NCBI RefSeq assembly: GCF_037042905.1 | Contig: NC_087250.1 | Location: 25,174,001-25,238,000 of the forward strand | Source of the DNA: Lytechinus pictus | Lineage: Eukaryota | Length of the DNA stretch: 64,000 nt | Direction: 5' to 3' | In this document: piece by piece, positions 13,102 through 27,409 of the stretch | Numbering within the stretch: the first letter of the stretch is position 1 | Layout: every line of letters starts with the position of its first letter | Translations under genes and position numbers: made by a program | Notes under the pieces: model-generated | Told to the model about the DNA's origin: nothing | The model's input: only the letters and a program-made list of their open reading frames with translations | Databases searched by the model: none

Positions 13102-13717
13102 CCACCCAAGGGTTCATTACATGCCGCCGCGCACAGAAAATTCAAGCAATAGAAGTCGTGGACCCAAGAAGTGAGATCCCAGCACGCGCGACCCACTAGT
13201 TAGAAATCCACTGCCAAACGCGGTTCGTGGTTAGTATACTAATACTAACCTCGCAATACGTACTAGTAGTATACTAATACTAACCTCGCAATACGTGTGA
13301 GTGATTTTGGCCAGGAATCAGGGTAATCACTGCTGAAAATTTGTCTGGCTTCATGACATCGGCATCATGGTGATATAATTCTGTGTATAATAAAAACTTA
13401 AACATTCCTCTGAAACAGCAGATTTTCAGCCATGGTCCATACCACTCAGTGCTCCTAAATAATTTAATTGCCTGCCTGAGTCCTGACCAGTTTTAGAAAT
13501 CTGAAGAAAAAATCTGCTGGAATTGTGCCACTCACACGTATTAAGTATACTAACCCCGCACCACGAACCGCGTTTGGCAGTGGATTTCTAACTAGTGGGT
13601 CGCGCGTGCTTAGCCTGGAGGCGTCTGGGATCTCACTTCTTGGGTCCACAACACACGACTTCTATGGCTTGATTTTTCTGTGCGTGGCGGCATGTAATGA
13701 ACCCTTGCCTTGGGTGG
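13102..13717. mobile_element. Long-TIR non-autonomous element
   Basis: About 130-bp inverted arms starting ccacccaagggttcattacatgccgcc and ending ggcggcatgtaatgaacccttg...ttgggtgg. Confidence 0.75.
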
Positions 13718-14420
13718 AATTGTACAAAAACATTATTTCTAAAATAAAAACTTTTTAATTTTAATAGTAGTTATGCCAAAATGCATGATTCTAAACTTAT
13801 ATCAGATCTGTATCTGTCATCTGACCTGAATGCATCGTCAGAACAAGTACAGTTTCCAAACATGCTTACCTTGACTTTTGACTGGATCAAACAGCGTAGC
13901 CTGCAACATGCATCGGGAGCAAGTGAATGGGACCGTGCAGCTTGGAGTTTTTCAATAGTTAGTAGAGCAACACAACGAAGACTGTCGAGTGGACAAAATC
14001 GATCTTTCCAGTTCACAATTCAATAAAAAACGGGCAAAATAACACAGTTCTGGTTCCCTTATAGTCTGAAGTTGTCGAAAACAGAATTCGGATGTCACAT
14101 ATTACATGAAGAAAACGGTAAATTCGGAAGATATTGAAGAGGTCAGTAAGGTGATTCAGTGTATTATGCACAGAGGGATGATGAGCTCGATTATTGTGTG
14201 ACGTCATTATTCTCGACTGTTTTCACTGCGTGAACTGTCGGTCTGGGGGGCGGCTGGGGGGCTTAGAATGGTCTCTAATAATTTCATTTCTTGCATTTCC
14301 ACGACATCGATAAGACTTTTTAGTGACATATTTGTGTATAAAAAGACAAGACCTTTCCATTCATATATAATTTGTCTATAATCATCACTTTCGTGAATTT
14401 TCTTTGTGTGTATACTTTAA

Positions 14421-14984
14421 AGGGATGGTCCGGGCTGAAAATATTAATATCTTAATACATAGAGTAGAATTCACTGAGCAAAATGCTGAAAATTTCATAA
14501 TAAAGTTATTGAAGTTTAAAGTTTAGCAATATTTTGTGAAAACAGTCGTCATGAATATTCATTAGATGGGCTGATGATGTCACATCTCCACTTTCCGTTT
14601 TCTTATGTTATTACATAAAATCATATTTTTTTCATTATTTCATACTTGTGTGAATAATATGTCTCTTTTATAATGAAATAAGTTGCAGCAATAAATATCT
14701 AATGCACTAAATCAATTGTCAATTCAATTTTTCTAGTACTTGGAGGAAAAAATTTGAATGAACCTAATTTCATATAATAAAATACAAAAGAACAAGTGGA
14801 GATGTGACATCATCAGCCCACCTAATGAATATTCATGACGACTGTTTTCACAAAATATTGCTAAACTTTAAAATTCAATAACTTTGTTATTTGTTATCCG
14901 ATTTTGATGAAATTTTCGGCATTTTGCTCAGTGAATTCTACTCTATTTGTTAAGCTATAAATACTTTCAGCCCGGACCATCCCT
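14421..14984. mobile_element. Near-palindromic MITE family B (TTAA target, Kolobok-like)
   Basis: ttaa|agggatggtccgggctgaaa...tttcagcccggaccatccct|ttaa. Confidence 0.9.
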
Positions 14985-16549
14985 TTAAGATCAATGTCTA
15001 ACCAATCAGATCTAATCTTTCATATTTGTGATTGATTACCATGCTTCTGTGAAGCATGGGCTGTTCTTCTGTGATGGTAGTGGTGACATATATCATGAAT
15101 GAAAAGGAATTCTGCTTTGTCCTTCCTGCTCAATACCCTTCATGTTTTGGGAATTCATTTGCTTTTTCATTTTAAAATAGGGGGGTGGGGTTAGCAGAGT
15201 TCAGGGTTCCCAGCCCATCAGGGAAAATTATGTTACTTTTTTCTAGTCAGGGAAAAATCGGGGAATTTGATTTTTTTTAATACAGTACCTCAAATTAGGG
15301 AAAAATGCCTCAAATGATGGAAAAATCTGGGAATTTTGATCAGCCCCAAAGTCGAAAGCAAGGTAGTCAGACTCTGTTATATTTTGTTGCATATCAAAGT
15401 CATTGAATGCCTGGTTATGGTGGTACTAATTAGTTTTACATTATTGTTTTTATACTGAAAATACATATAATTTACTGCAACAACATGCGAAACTGGCGAT
15501 GGGTTTAAATATTTATCAGGGAATTTCTAAACTTCATCAGGGAAAAATCAGGGAATTTCGTTTTCTTGAAAAGCTGGGTACATTGGAGTAGTTGTTCTAT
15601 TCCATGCATTATTGCATGTGGGCCTATGCTTGAGAGATCAAAAAATAGGTTGCAATTTTAAATAACAATGTTTTTCAAACCAGCTTTTAACAAATATACA
15701 GGGGTTTTTCCACCCAAAGTACTGGTAATTTCACTATTTAAGCTTGACTACTTGACATTGTGTCAAAGTAACTTTATTTTTTTAGTAGAAAAATCTGAGT
15801 TACATGTAAATCAATGAAGAAATAGTTGGTATTTTATCAACTGTGAAGAATTAAATCTTGAGTTTTTTAATTATACAAGAAATACAATGAATTAAATACA
15901 TTCATTGCATTCACATTTGTTATGATCAGGAGTAACCTTTAAAGTCAATGCCTAGTGAATAATATTAAAGTCAGACCTAGTTTACATTGTAATCCGCATA
16001 AAGGCTTTTACTGAGAAAGGGAAAGCGTTCCTCCACGTAGTGACTTGCATTGACGGAACACGGTTTTATGGTACTGGAGGAAAAGGGCACCAGGAACTCA
16101 ACAATACGGCCGAAACTTCAGCTGACTGAATGTCACAGCGAGAGAGCGATGGAGAAGGAGAAAGTGAGAGAATTTGAGATCAGGCACAATTACAGTGTAT
16201 GTAGTGGAAAGTGGGTATTACAATCAAAATTTAAATTACAGTATCTTTTACATTCGAATCTGCAAAACATTTTTAATATTTGGCCTGATCTTGGAGTCGT
16301 AAAACCTTTTTTTGGGGGGCGGGTATTTAGAGAGATAAGGGCAAGATGTTTGAGATGAAGAAAGAGAGAGAGATACACCTGTAGATGCAAGATGAGAGAA
16401 GTCAAGAAGGGGTGGGGAACATAGAAATACACAGAGAGAGGGTGAAAGAAGGGGGTATTTTGGAATATGAGAGGTCTCTCATCTTCCAAAATACCCCCCC
16501 CCCCCCTTCTCTTTCTTTCCATCCCTCAACTACCTGTAGTATATAGAGG

Positions 16550-17370
16550 GAGAAAGGAGGAGAAAGAGAATGAGATAGATGAAGAGAGAGTGAGATAGTA
16601 TACATGTACAGGTCTGTACAAGATGAGAGAGGTGTTGGGTAGGGGGATAAGAATGAGAGAGGGGGAGAGGTATTTTGGAAGATGTGAGGGAGTTTGAGGA
16701 ATAAGGAGGAGAAAAAGAAGTTAAAAGAGAATGAGATAGATGAAGAGAGCGAGATAGTATACATGTACCTGTACAAGATGAGAGAGGTGTTGGATAGGGG
16801 GATAAGAATGAGAGAGAGGGGGGAGAGGTATTTTGGAAGATGCGAGGGAGTTTGAGGGATAAGGAGGAGAAAAAGAAGTTGCAAGAGAATGAGATAGATG
16901 AAGAGAGAGCGAGATAGTATACATGTACCTGTGCAAGATGAGAGAGGTGTTGGATAGGGGGATAAGAATGAGAGAGGGGGAGAGGTATTTTGGAAGATGC
17001 GAGGAAGTTTGAAGGATAAGGAGGAGAAAGAGAAGTTGCAAGAGAATGAGAGAGATGAAGAGAGCGAGATAGTATACATGTACCTGTGCAAGATGAGAGA
17101 GGTGTTGGATAGGGGGATAAGAATGAGAGAGGGGGGAGAGGTATTTTGGAAGATGCGAGGGAGTTTGAGGGATAAGGAGGAGAAAGAGAAGTTGCAAGAG
17201 AATGAGAGAGATGAAGAGAGCGAGATAGTATACATGTACCTGTGCAAGATGAGAGAGGTGTTGGATAGGGGGATAAGAATGAGAGAGGGGGGGAGGTACT
17301 TTGGAGGATGCGAGGGAGTTTGAGGGATAAGGAGGAGAAAAAGAAGTTGCAAGAGAATGAGAGAGAGCGA
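16550..17370 (+). repeat. Tandem repeat, ~157-bp purine-rich unit, about 5 copies
   Basis: gagatagtatacatgtac recurs at about 16592, 16751, 16911, 17066 and 17222. Confidence 0.95.
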
Positions 17371-18811
17371 GATGGAGCGTTCAGCTCGTAGCTGAAGGGA
17401 AAGGAGGGTAAGGGAGAGTTCAGTGCATCATTTATCTCAAGATAGCTGAGCAAGAAGGTCATTTAGAGTTCACCCGCTCTCTCCCTCTCTCTCCACCCTA
17501 CACTGTACATAGGGAATTGTATTTAGATGGGCTCGCATCCCTTACACAATGCTGTAGTCTCAGTGATGAACGAACATGAATAATTCTCCTCTGTCTTTGA
17601 CAACATGGTCCTTATCTTGCCTGAGCCGACTGACGTTTCATCGTAGTTTCGTCTTGTAGATATACCCCCTCTCCCATTCATTGCTGAATAATTTAATCTT
17701 TAAAATAGAAATAAGAGTAAGGCCCTGCAGCAATGTTACATTCATCATCGTCTGCTTGGTTATTATGTACATACTAGTCCTTTGGAAAAGATAGCAATTT
17801 TGCTTTCAGATCCCTTTTCAAAGAATTCACTTTTAAGTTTTTAATGGATCTCTCTTGATAGATTGAGGCGGGATGCGTAAATACTGATTTTCTGACATAA
17901 ACTGGAAGCTAGTGCGCCGTCAATATGATTTTCCCATCTTAAATGCTCTTTTTTTCCCAAGTCTTATCACAAGATGTGATGATCTGGACACTCAAACTTG
18001 CAAATCAGTTTTCATTTTCTTTTGTTTTGTACCTTGTGATTAATAGCGAGAGGTTTATATAAAAAGATGCAATGTTTATTCTTCTACTTTCTCAGAAATA
18101 GCCACTCTTTAGTTGCAATGTCAAGAAGTTTTGAATGCAGTGTATGTTAAAAAAACTTACCTTATTAGAAAGATTTCTTTTGTTTTATCTTTCTGGAACC
18201 TATTGAGTGTATTACATAGCAACTCAATAGGCTCTCGAAAGATAAAACAAAATAATATTTATTTATATATATATATATATATATTTTATACTCCACTCTT
18301 GTTTTTTTTTGTTATTCAGCCCAACAGCAAAAGGCAAACACCCTCCTACCTGTTCATCTCTCCCTTTCTTTCTCCTCTCCCCCCTCCTTGCCCCCCCCCC
18401 CCCATCCCAATCTACTTTTTTAATGCTTTGAACTCTTCCACATGTCATAAACAGAGCTGTTCCATTCTCATCCTTTTGTATAAGAATGTCCTTCCTTCTC
18501 TATGTTCTCATTCAGATCCATTATTAGCAGACCTTTTTATAAAGCAAGGTTATTTCAGGTCAGGGAGAGCTGATCAGAGGCTTTCATACCCACCCAGTCC
18601 CCCAAATAACCTGGAAATTTAAAACAATTGGTTTTAATAATAGGCTACAACATTTTTTTGCAATTGATTTCATGCATTGGCATGTCACAACTGCCTGAGG
18701 TTTGGCAAAGAGTTGGCACCTTTTTACACTAAGATATTAAAGAGGAAGAAGAAAAATTGAATACAGGTACATATAAAGGGGATAGAAAGTACATGTACAT
18801 GATATAGGCCT

Positions 18812-19330
18812 TAAAGTTCAAATCCACCCCAGGAAAACGTTGAATTTAATAAACGGAGAAAAATCAAACTAGCATAACGCTGAAAATTTCATCCAAATCG
18901 GATGTGAAATAAGAAAGTTATGGCATTTTAAAGTATCGCTTATTTTTCACAAAACAGTGATGCACAACTCAGTGACATGCAAATGAGTCAGTCGATGATG
19001 TCCATCACTCACTATTTCTTTTGTTTTTTATTGTTTGCATCATACAATAATTTTTACAGATTTGACAATAAGCACCAACTTGACTGAACCATACAGTATC
19101 AAACAATGCTAATTCCACAGGTTCAGGGAGGAATTAATTATTATTTCACTTGACAATGAGGAGAAAATTAGAATATTTCATAATTCATATAATGAAATAC
19201 AAAATAAATAGTGAGTGGATGATGTCATCAGTCTCCTAATCTGCATACCAACCAGGATGTGCAGATAACTGTTTTGTGAAATTAAGCAAACTTTAAAATG
19301 TCATAACTTTCTTATTTTACATCCGATTTG
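18812..19330. mobile_element. MITE family A copy, right end lost
   Basis: Similar to 21103-21701 up to acatccgatt. Confidence 0.8.
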
Positions 19331-19899
19331 CAGGAAAAAAATGTATGTGATATAACTCTGTGATAAAAGTGAAGAAAATGAAATGTGTAATCTGGAAAGC
19401 AAAAAAAAATCACCCAGATATTCTGTGTACAGACCTATGGAATCACGACGCTTCTCACACAACGAGACGTCATGGTCACGAGGCCGGTGAAAAGCACAAT
19501 AAAGCCTGTTTTCTAAGCCCGATTATTGGAGCTGTTCTTAAGCAAAATACTCAGCTGTTAAGCGGTGAAAATGCATAAAGCTTACATTGCTATAGTCTAT
19601 AAACGTTCGATTGGTATGATTTTTAATTTTCATTTGTGGGTCCGGTCTGGGTCTTTAATGCCGTATGTACATGTAGTCGTGATGTTTATAGGTATGTAGT
19701 AGACATAGTGGTTGCCTTGTAGGCCTATTCCCAGTTTATAAAATTGGATTTCAAAAGGCACCTATTTCAAGATTTCACGTTTGCATTTGAAAGATGTGTT
19801 CATGAGACAATTCGTATCTCTAGCACATCCAAGCTATGAAAATGAAAGCCTTGTTGATGCTTCCGTTTTGATATTGTCAAATGACTGCATAATGCTGTA

Positions 19900-20085
19900 A
19901 TAAAGCGCTGCATACTATTACCCCGGCTACATGTTTAGCATAACTACCCTGAACAGACCTCGACTATTCAAGGAATCACTTCCTACCGGATACCCACACC
20001 TGGGTGGAGAGTGGCAAATGTAGATAAATGCATTGCCAAAGGACGTGAATGCTACGTTGGGATTCGAACCCCATGTATCTTGTCC
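19900..20085 (-). mobile_element. SINE fragment
   Basis: Minus strand ggttcgaatccc B box followed by ttggcaatgcatttatctacatttgccactctccacccaggtg. Confidence 0.6.
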
Positions 20086-20100
20086 TTGTGGTTCAAAGTC

Positions 20101-20263
20101 CTGGGGAGTGTTTCATCAACATTTTCATCCGACAAGTTGTCAGATCTGACATCTTTCTCTGATGTTGATTGGCTGAGAGGTACTGTTACTATGGTAACTG
20201 TCGGATAAAATGGGACTTGTCGGATAAAACGTCCGACAAGTCCTTTCATGAAACGCTCCCCAG
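20101..20263. mobile_element. Short MITE
   Basis: ctggggagtgtttcatcaa / ttcatgaaacgctccccag. Confidence 0.7.
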
Positions 20264-21102
20264 AAGCCTTTCCACTGGGCCACAGCACAGTCTGGTATTT
20301 ATGATGCTGTGAAGTTTGCCATTAGCATGATAGACCATGTAAAAAGCACTCTCTCTGTCATGTGAGTCCAAAAAAACTTGACACCTCACAAATTCCCATT
20401 TTTAAGAAAAAAATATGTCATGAATGCGTAATCATTTTCCAAAAATAATTTGATACCATATTGTTAACGCTTAATAGATGATCAGGAGGTATTATTTGCA
20501 GTGATGTAAATTAGGATTTACGCCAAAGTAAGGCATGACTGCAATGAATGAATTCAAATGTCAATGATGTCATGATCCTACAACAGATGCATTAAAATCC
20601 ATTTCAAAACATTTTTTTCAGTAATTTACACATTATAATTGTGCAATAATCACTTTAAGTATCAATTCTCAAGTTCATTTCATTGAAAAGGGATTTGCCG
20701 ATATGTTTACTAACTCAAGTACGATTATTGCATCATTGGCATCTGGGGTTCAGTCATTGGGGATTTGTGAGATGTCAAGGTGTTTCTTTTTTACTCACAA
20801 GTTATAGCCATTCAGATTGTGTTCATCACAGAGTGTGGGGAGTTTATTTGAGGTCAAGTACATGTACATCTACATGTATGCCCACATGTACATGTATGCC
20901 TCATGTACATGTAGGCGTGTGATTGTTGACCACTAAGTGATCTCCACTGCATAGCATTGCCCAGGGATGTAGCGAGGCCGGCATCTCCAAGCCGCCTTCT
21001 CCCATACCCTTTGAACATGTGACTCGGGCCGAGGCCAAGGCCGGCATGCCTGGCATTGCCACTTGCCAAGTTTATAATAATTATCACACTTTAAATTAGT
21101 TA

Positions 21103-21701
21103 AAGGACAAGTCCACCCTAACAAAAAGCTGATTTGAATAAAAAGAGAAAAATCCAACGTGCATTGCACTGAAAATTTCATCAAAATCGGATGGAAAATA
21201 AGAAAGTTGTGATATTTTAAAGTTTCGCTTAATTTCACAGAATAGTTGTATGCACATCCTTGTCGGTATGCAAATGAGGAGACTGATGACATCATCCACT
21301 CACTATTTCTTTTGTATTTTTTTATTATATGAAATACTGAATGTTCTAATTTTCACCTTTTTGTCATGTGAAACAAATATTAATTCGTTCCTGAACCTGT
21401 GGAAGTAACATTATTGTAATACTCTATGGGTCATTCAAGTTGGCCCTTGTTGTCAAATCTGCAAAAAAATGAAAAATTGTATAATTCAAACAAAAAACAA
21501 AAGAAATAGTGAGTGAGTGACATCGACTCTCTCATTTTCATGTCAGTTGTGCATATAACTGTTTTGTGAAAAATAAGCGAAACTTTAAAATGCCATAACT
21601 TTCCTATTTTACATCCGATTTTGATGAAATTATCAGCATAATGCTTGTTTGATTTTTCTCTATTTATTCAAATCAATATTTTTCTGGGGTGGACTTGACC
21701 T
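21103..21701. mobile_element. MITE family A, full copy
   Basis: ttaa|aggacaagtccaccc...ggggtggacttgacct|ttaa. Confidence 0.9.
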
Positions 21702-22051
21702 TTAATTTTACCCTCTGCCTGCCTACTGTATGCCTGTATGAAGTACACTCAATACTATAAAAAAAGGTCAAGTGTACAATTATCATGTTTTGTTATGTCT
21801 ATTTTGTATGTACAGTGTGTAATTCTTGACTTCAATTTTGATTGGATAAAAAAAATGGACTTGTTATTATTTTGTTATTACTAACGACGTTTTAATACAT
21901 GTACTAGTATTATCTTCATCATTTTTATTTTTAGTACTATCATTAATATTGATATTATTATTATTGATATTTTCATAATCATAATCATTATTTTATTATT
22001 ATCATCATTATTCATTATTATCATCATTCTTATTGCTATTTATCATTACAG

Positions 22052-22155
22052 CTGGGGTGCAGGAATTGGCCACAAAAACCCTCCATATTCAGAGTAAGAG
22101 GTACTACCTTGATGTCAAACAGAACAGGAGAGGGCGCTTTCTAAAGATAGCAGAG
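22052..22155 (+). CDS. PURA: Pur-alpha/beta family protein, internal coding exon A (first half of PUR repeat I)
   Basis: Encodes [34 protein letters not shown], recognisable as Pur-alpha (QELAxK...[15 protein letters not shown]). Acceptor ttacag|, donor GAG|gtaagc (phase 0). Starts in phase 1, so an upstream exon is required. The symbol denotes the family; PURA vs PURB orthology is not resolved. Confidence 0.95.
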
Positions 22156-22207
22156 GTAAGCGAGGTGCGTTCAACCCATTCATCTTCATCTTCATATCTT
22201 TTCTTCA

Positions 22208-22833
22208 AGGTCAAGTCCACCCCCAGAAAATTGTTGATTTGAATCGATAAGAGAAAATTCAAACAAGCATAACGCTGAAAATCTCATCACAATCGGATGA
22301 AAAATAAGTTGACAGTTTTAAGTTTTGCTTATTTTTCACAATTATATGCACATCTCAGTGACATGCAAATGAGGTAGTTGATGATGTCCCTCACGCACTA
22401 TTTCTTTCGTTTTTTATTGTTTGAATTATACAATATTTTATTTTTTACAGATTTGACAATAAGGACCAACTTGTCTTGACTTAACCCATAAACTGTTGAT
22501 ATAATGCTAATTCCATATGTTCAGGGAGGAATAAAATTTAGTTTTACACGACAATGAGGTGAAAATTAGAATATTTCATATTCCATGATAAAATACAAAA
22601 GAAATAGTGAGTGGGTGAGGTCATCAGTCTGCTCATTTGCCTGCCGACCAGGATGTGCATATATATGTAATTGTTTTGTGAAAGTTATTAAAGCGAAACT
22701 TTAAAATGTCATATTAGTACTTTCTTAATATTTTACATCCGATATTGATTAGATTTTTCAGTGTTATGCTTGTTGCATTTTTCTCCTTTTATTCATATCA
22801 TTATCAACTTTTTCTTGGGGTGGATTTTTCCTT
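22208..22833. mobile_element. MITE family A copy
   Basis: aggtcaagtccaccccc...ggggtggatttttcct. Confidence 0.85.
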
Positions 22834-24329
22834 TGATTAATATTTTTATTCTCTTCACTCTAAATGTCAGAGATTGAACAGAAATCCAATTGGATTGTTA
22901 TAAGGGAAGAAAACGACAAATCCCAAATGAGATTGAAACACAGTACATGTATGCCAGAGCCAGAGTATTATGAGGAGCAACAACTCATATCGTGTTCCTT
23001 GCTTTTCAATGTGTTTGTTGTCAATACAGTACCGAAACGATGATGCCGAACATTCCTTTAGAAACAAATTTGGGGGGATTTCAGTGTCTTTTATACCATG
23101 TTTCAGCAATGCATGATGAAAATATCTACAACAGATTTTATTTTCTTTAGCATGGTCAGCCCCCCCCCCTCCCACTCACTTTCAAAACCATTCCGCAGAA
23201 TACCGCCAAATAATTGCTATGTTGTATTTTTAGGGTCTGCCAGAAAAGCGGTAGTATTCACATACACATCACCCAAAAGCAATGCATTATCTACAGGTGC
23301 ACTGGTGTAATGATGAAATGATTGATGTAACGATAACACCATTGTATTGAACAACACCCCCAACATCTTTAAGCACAACATGTACATAAAGTAGAATAAA
23401 AAATTTCAATTTCAAAACCCATTTTCAAATTATTTCAAGTTTCCACGTGTCAATTGAAGTGCATAGATATAACATATAGATTTGAGGTGGAAAAAATCCC
23501 TCAATACAGGATCGACTTTCAATCTCTGATATTTAGAATGCTATCATATTTTCTTGTCATTTTCATACATGGCGAAAGATTTTTATTTCTATAATTGTTT
23601 CACTTGTTTTGTTTCATGATTAGCACTTTTTTCATTTCACTGTATTCCCACAAAGATGAGAAAATAAAATATGCGTCCTGGCTACTTTTTTTTAGCTTAC
23701 TGACCAAAATTTGCTACATTGTATTGCAATACTGCATGTACAGGAACATTGGACTCTATGGGAATTTTAGGGGCTCTTTTTCAGTTTTCCAGCTCCTGAG
23801 GGAATTTTGGGGAAGCCCCGAGCGGGGCCGAGCCCCTTGTAATTTTTTGTTCTGTGGCCCTTTTTTCCCCTGATTTTCATCGCAGTGGATTCAGCAGTAA
23901 TTTCTTTGTCTACAATTTTCAGTATTCATAATATGCAGCATTTTTTCAAGCAGTGGAGCTGTCTTTCTATATTAAAAGAATAATAAATTATCGTCGTTAT
24001 CCCTTCATTTGCAAATTTAGTTATCTACGCTTTTCTCTGTAACTATTATTCATACATATATATACTGTAGTGCACTATACAACATTTCTGTTGACTTTCT
24101 GTATTCATCCTTCATCCTTCATTTTCTTACTCAGGAATTTTTCCTAATTCCTAGGGTTTTTCAAGTCAAAGTACCATTTTGTTGTACATGTATCATTTCC
24201 TTATCGCTAATTAAGTTTGCATATTGATATAATATATATATCACTCTCTTCCAGGGTTAGATCTGAAATTCTAATTTTAGAATACATGTAAATTGTAAAT
24301 GCCTGGGTATATATCAAAGATGATCTTAA

Positions 24330-24726
24330 AGCTATAAAATGAACGTAGTTGCAGTAAAACACTGATTTCGTGAGAAAGTCTGTAAGACCAAGGTAAAGTA
24401 TTGATATATCATCGTGGATCTAGATCTGGTACAGTTACATAAACTGAACTTTGTGAAATCATAATATCTAGCTAAAAAACGATCACACTGAAGATCGCCA
24501 ACACAGATAGGCACACGTGGGACAGTGTATTATTATTGCTGGAATAAAGACCCGACGGAAGTGACCAAATCCGCGCATATTTTGCTTATTTCTCAGCAAT
24601 TACACAATTTCTTCCAGAATCCTTTGGCACATATTTTTTATTCATACAAACAGACACTTTGGTGATCATTATATTAAATTCTGTAAAAAGTCATTTTGAG
24701 ATCGTTCCCAAAACTGGAATTTATCT
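24330..24726. mobile_element. TTAA-flanked element family C
   Basis: TTAA on both sides; near-identical copy at about 34143-34541. Confidence 0.8.
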
Positions 24727-24947
24727 TTAAGTATTATTGGCGATTGTTTTACCATCCAATCCGCCCACTCTCCTAGAAATAGAAATAGAATCATGGGACG
24801 TGATTTTACTTTCATATTCATACGTGTATAAATGCATCATTGGGTAGAGTGATTCTACAGGGAGAATGTGAAATCAAATCGCGATGTACGTGTAAATGTA
24901 CATGTTGTACATTTAAAGTTTGAAAGTTTATAAAGCATTAAACTTAA

Positions 24948-25551
24948 AGGTCAAGTCCACCCCAGGAAAATGCTGACTTGAATAAATAGAGAAAAATCAA
25001 ACTAGCATAGAGCTGAAAATTTCATCAAAATCGGATGTAAAACAAGAAAGTTATGACATTTTAAAGTTTCACTTATTTTTCACAAAACAGTTCAATGTGC
25101 AACTCAGCGATATGCAAATGAGAGAGTCGATGATATCCATCACTCACTATTTCTTTTGTTTTTTATTGTTTGAATAATACAATATCTCAAATTGTACAGA
25201 TTTGACAATAAGGACCAACTTAACTTAACCATGAACTGTTAAAATAATGGTAATTGCACATGTTCAGGGAGAAAATAAACTTTGTTTCATTTGACAAGGA
25301 GGAGAAAATTATAATATTTCATATTTCATATAATAAAATACAAAATAAATAGTGAGTGGGTGATGTCATCAGTCTGCCAATTTGCACACCGACCAAAATG
25401 TGCATATCACTGTTTTGTGAAATTAAGCGAAACTTTAAAATGTCATAACTTTCTTATTTTACATCCGATTTTGATGAAATTTTAAGTGTTATGCTTGTTG
25501 GATTTTTCTCTTTTTATTCAAATCATTTTGTTGTTGGGGTGGACTTGTCCT
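24948..25551. mobile_element. MITE family A, full copy
   Basis: ttaa|aggtcaagtccacccca...ggggtggacttgtcct|tta. Confidence 0.9.
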
Positions 25552-27409
25552 TTATTAAAGTATTTCACCCACGTGAATGAAGTACATGAAGTCATCATTA
25601 ATCCCAATGTACCCACAACCACATCAGTACTGGTCAATATTTTGATTAATTATCGAAATCATGTGGTGAAAAGAAACCTTTATATTGTATAATGGTCATG
25701 TTATTGTGTTGATATACCCTTGTAGCACGAAATGACCAAAATACTGTCCAAATGATATGAAAAGTTAATCAGTGCTGCTCTGTATTGCTTTTTTTTTGTA
25801 CATGTAAAGTGGGTACCCAAATGCACGCTTTTCATGGACAAGCGTTGATGAAAGCCTTACTTTTATTTCTCCGTTTCACTGTCATGTAATTGCAGCTCAT
25901 AAGGAATTTTTAGACTTGGCGCTATATCGTTATTGGTGATATTTTACTGGTGATAGTCAACCAGCACTATTTGTTTTTGCCCTTTCTTTTAGCTTACGAT
26001 TTTCCTCTTCCCTTTTAGCTTTGCTACATGTAACGTAGCCTTTACGAGTGCATATAAGGTACCAGACACCTGCTACATATTGAATGTATGCAGGAGATTC
26101 AGCTAGATAGCTGCTCTATCATGGAGCTCCTCCGCATAACCCGGGCTGGCTGGCTCAAAAATAGAACTGAACCCTGCTTGACTCTTCTTTCTTGAGTCAA
26201 ATCACGCCATGACTGGTGCATCCACAGATCGCTCGCCTTAAAGTTCCTTTGCATTTATACCAGCTTGTCCTGTTTACACTTCATTGTGATAAGCAGTTAA
26301 TACAGAAATTTGAATATTTATACCTGTAGTCAAACCTGTGTCATTTGCGGCCACCTGACTATATTTTTAGGGAAAAACCTGTCTATAGTGACCATCACAA
26401 TTGAAAGTGAATGCATACATGTACATGTAGGCAGGGTGCTACATAACTTTTTAGAAACGCTTGCCCGGTCGGGCAAGTAAGTTTTTAAATAGTTGGAATA
26501 TACTTGTCCAAACCTTGAAAAAAAAAGTTTCACCTCTTCAAAAGAAAATTTTGCGTTTTTATTAACCATTGACATTTTTCTCTCTTTTGACAAGAACTGA
26601 TCTACCTTGTTATTGCATTTCTTTTTCCAAAGTGATTTTATCTTGCCTGCCATGACCCAAATTAGGGTCAATATCATATCGACCCTAATTTTGGTCATTC
26701 TACTGTGAGAATGTTGCTTTCTACTGTGTGAATTTGCTTGCCCAATTTGGGCAAGTAGTTTTGGTCTTTACTTCAAAACCCTTGCCCGACTCTAACCTTT
26801 ACTTGCCCCGGGCAATCGGGCAAGTGCTTATGTAGCACCCTGATGTAGTAGGTATGTGTAATACGGAACCTGTATTAAAAGGCCACCTGTCTGCTGTAAC
26901 CATTTTTCTGTTACCCTTGGGCGACCTTTAATGGTCAGGTTTGACTGTATACAGAGAGACCTACTTTTAATTGCGACCTCGCATAGAAAACAATTACAGA
27001 CCACAAATTGTTTTTCCTTGTTTAGAATCTGCCATTGAAACATAATAATATTTTAATATTGATATGAATTTGTCTATAAAAGATAACCTGCTTTATAAGA
27101 CTCAAATTAAGAATCCCAAGGGGAAAGGCTATTTTTCAAAAGGGCACTTTAAGTTTAACAAAGGAAAAGGATGGGATGCTCAGTTTAGGGGGCCTCCAAG
27201 GCCATTAAAAAAGGCCATCAATATTTTATACTTTTCTATGGGGCATTTGATTACTGCAGGCAAAAAAGACATTATGCAATATTGGCCCTACGTGTACATG
27301 TAGGTCTATATGTGCACATGTACAATATTTTTAGGAAGGGCGTCAAGGCAATATCTGAGAGCATCAAAGGCCATGGACTGGGATATCCTTGGGTAAATTT
27401 GAGCCCTGT

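Larger units (their letters stand above)
11885..21850 (+). other. Giant intronic fold-back structure H2 (upstream of exon A)
   Basis: More than 20 nested reverse-complementary segments; coordinates are listed in findings. Confidence 0.75.

Noticed and set aside
16550..17370. CRISPR-like array
   Set aside because: Whole units repeat with no unique spacers, in eukaryotic context.
16402..17462. ORFs of about 310 aa with internal repeats
   Set aside because: Translation of the 157-bp tandem array, open in several frames.
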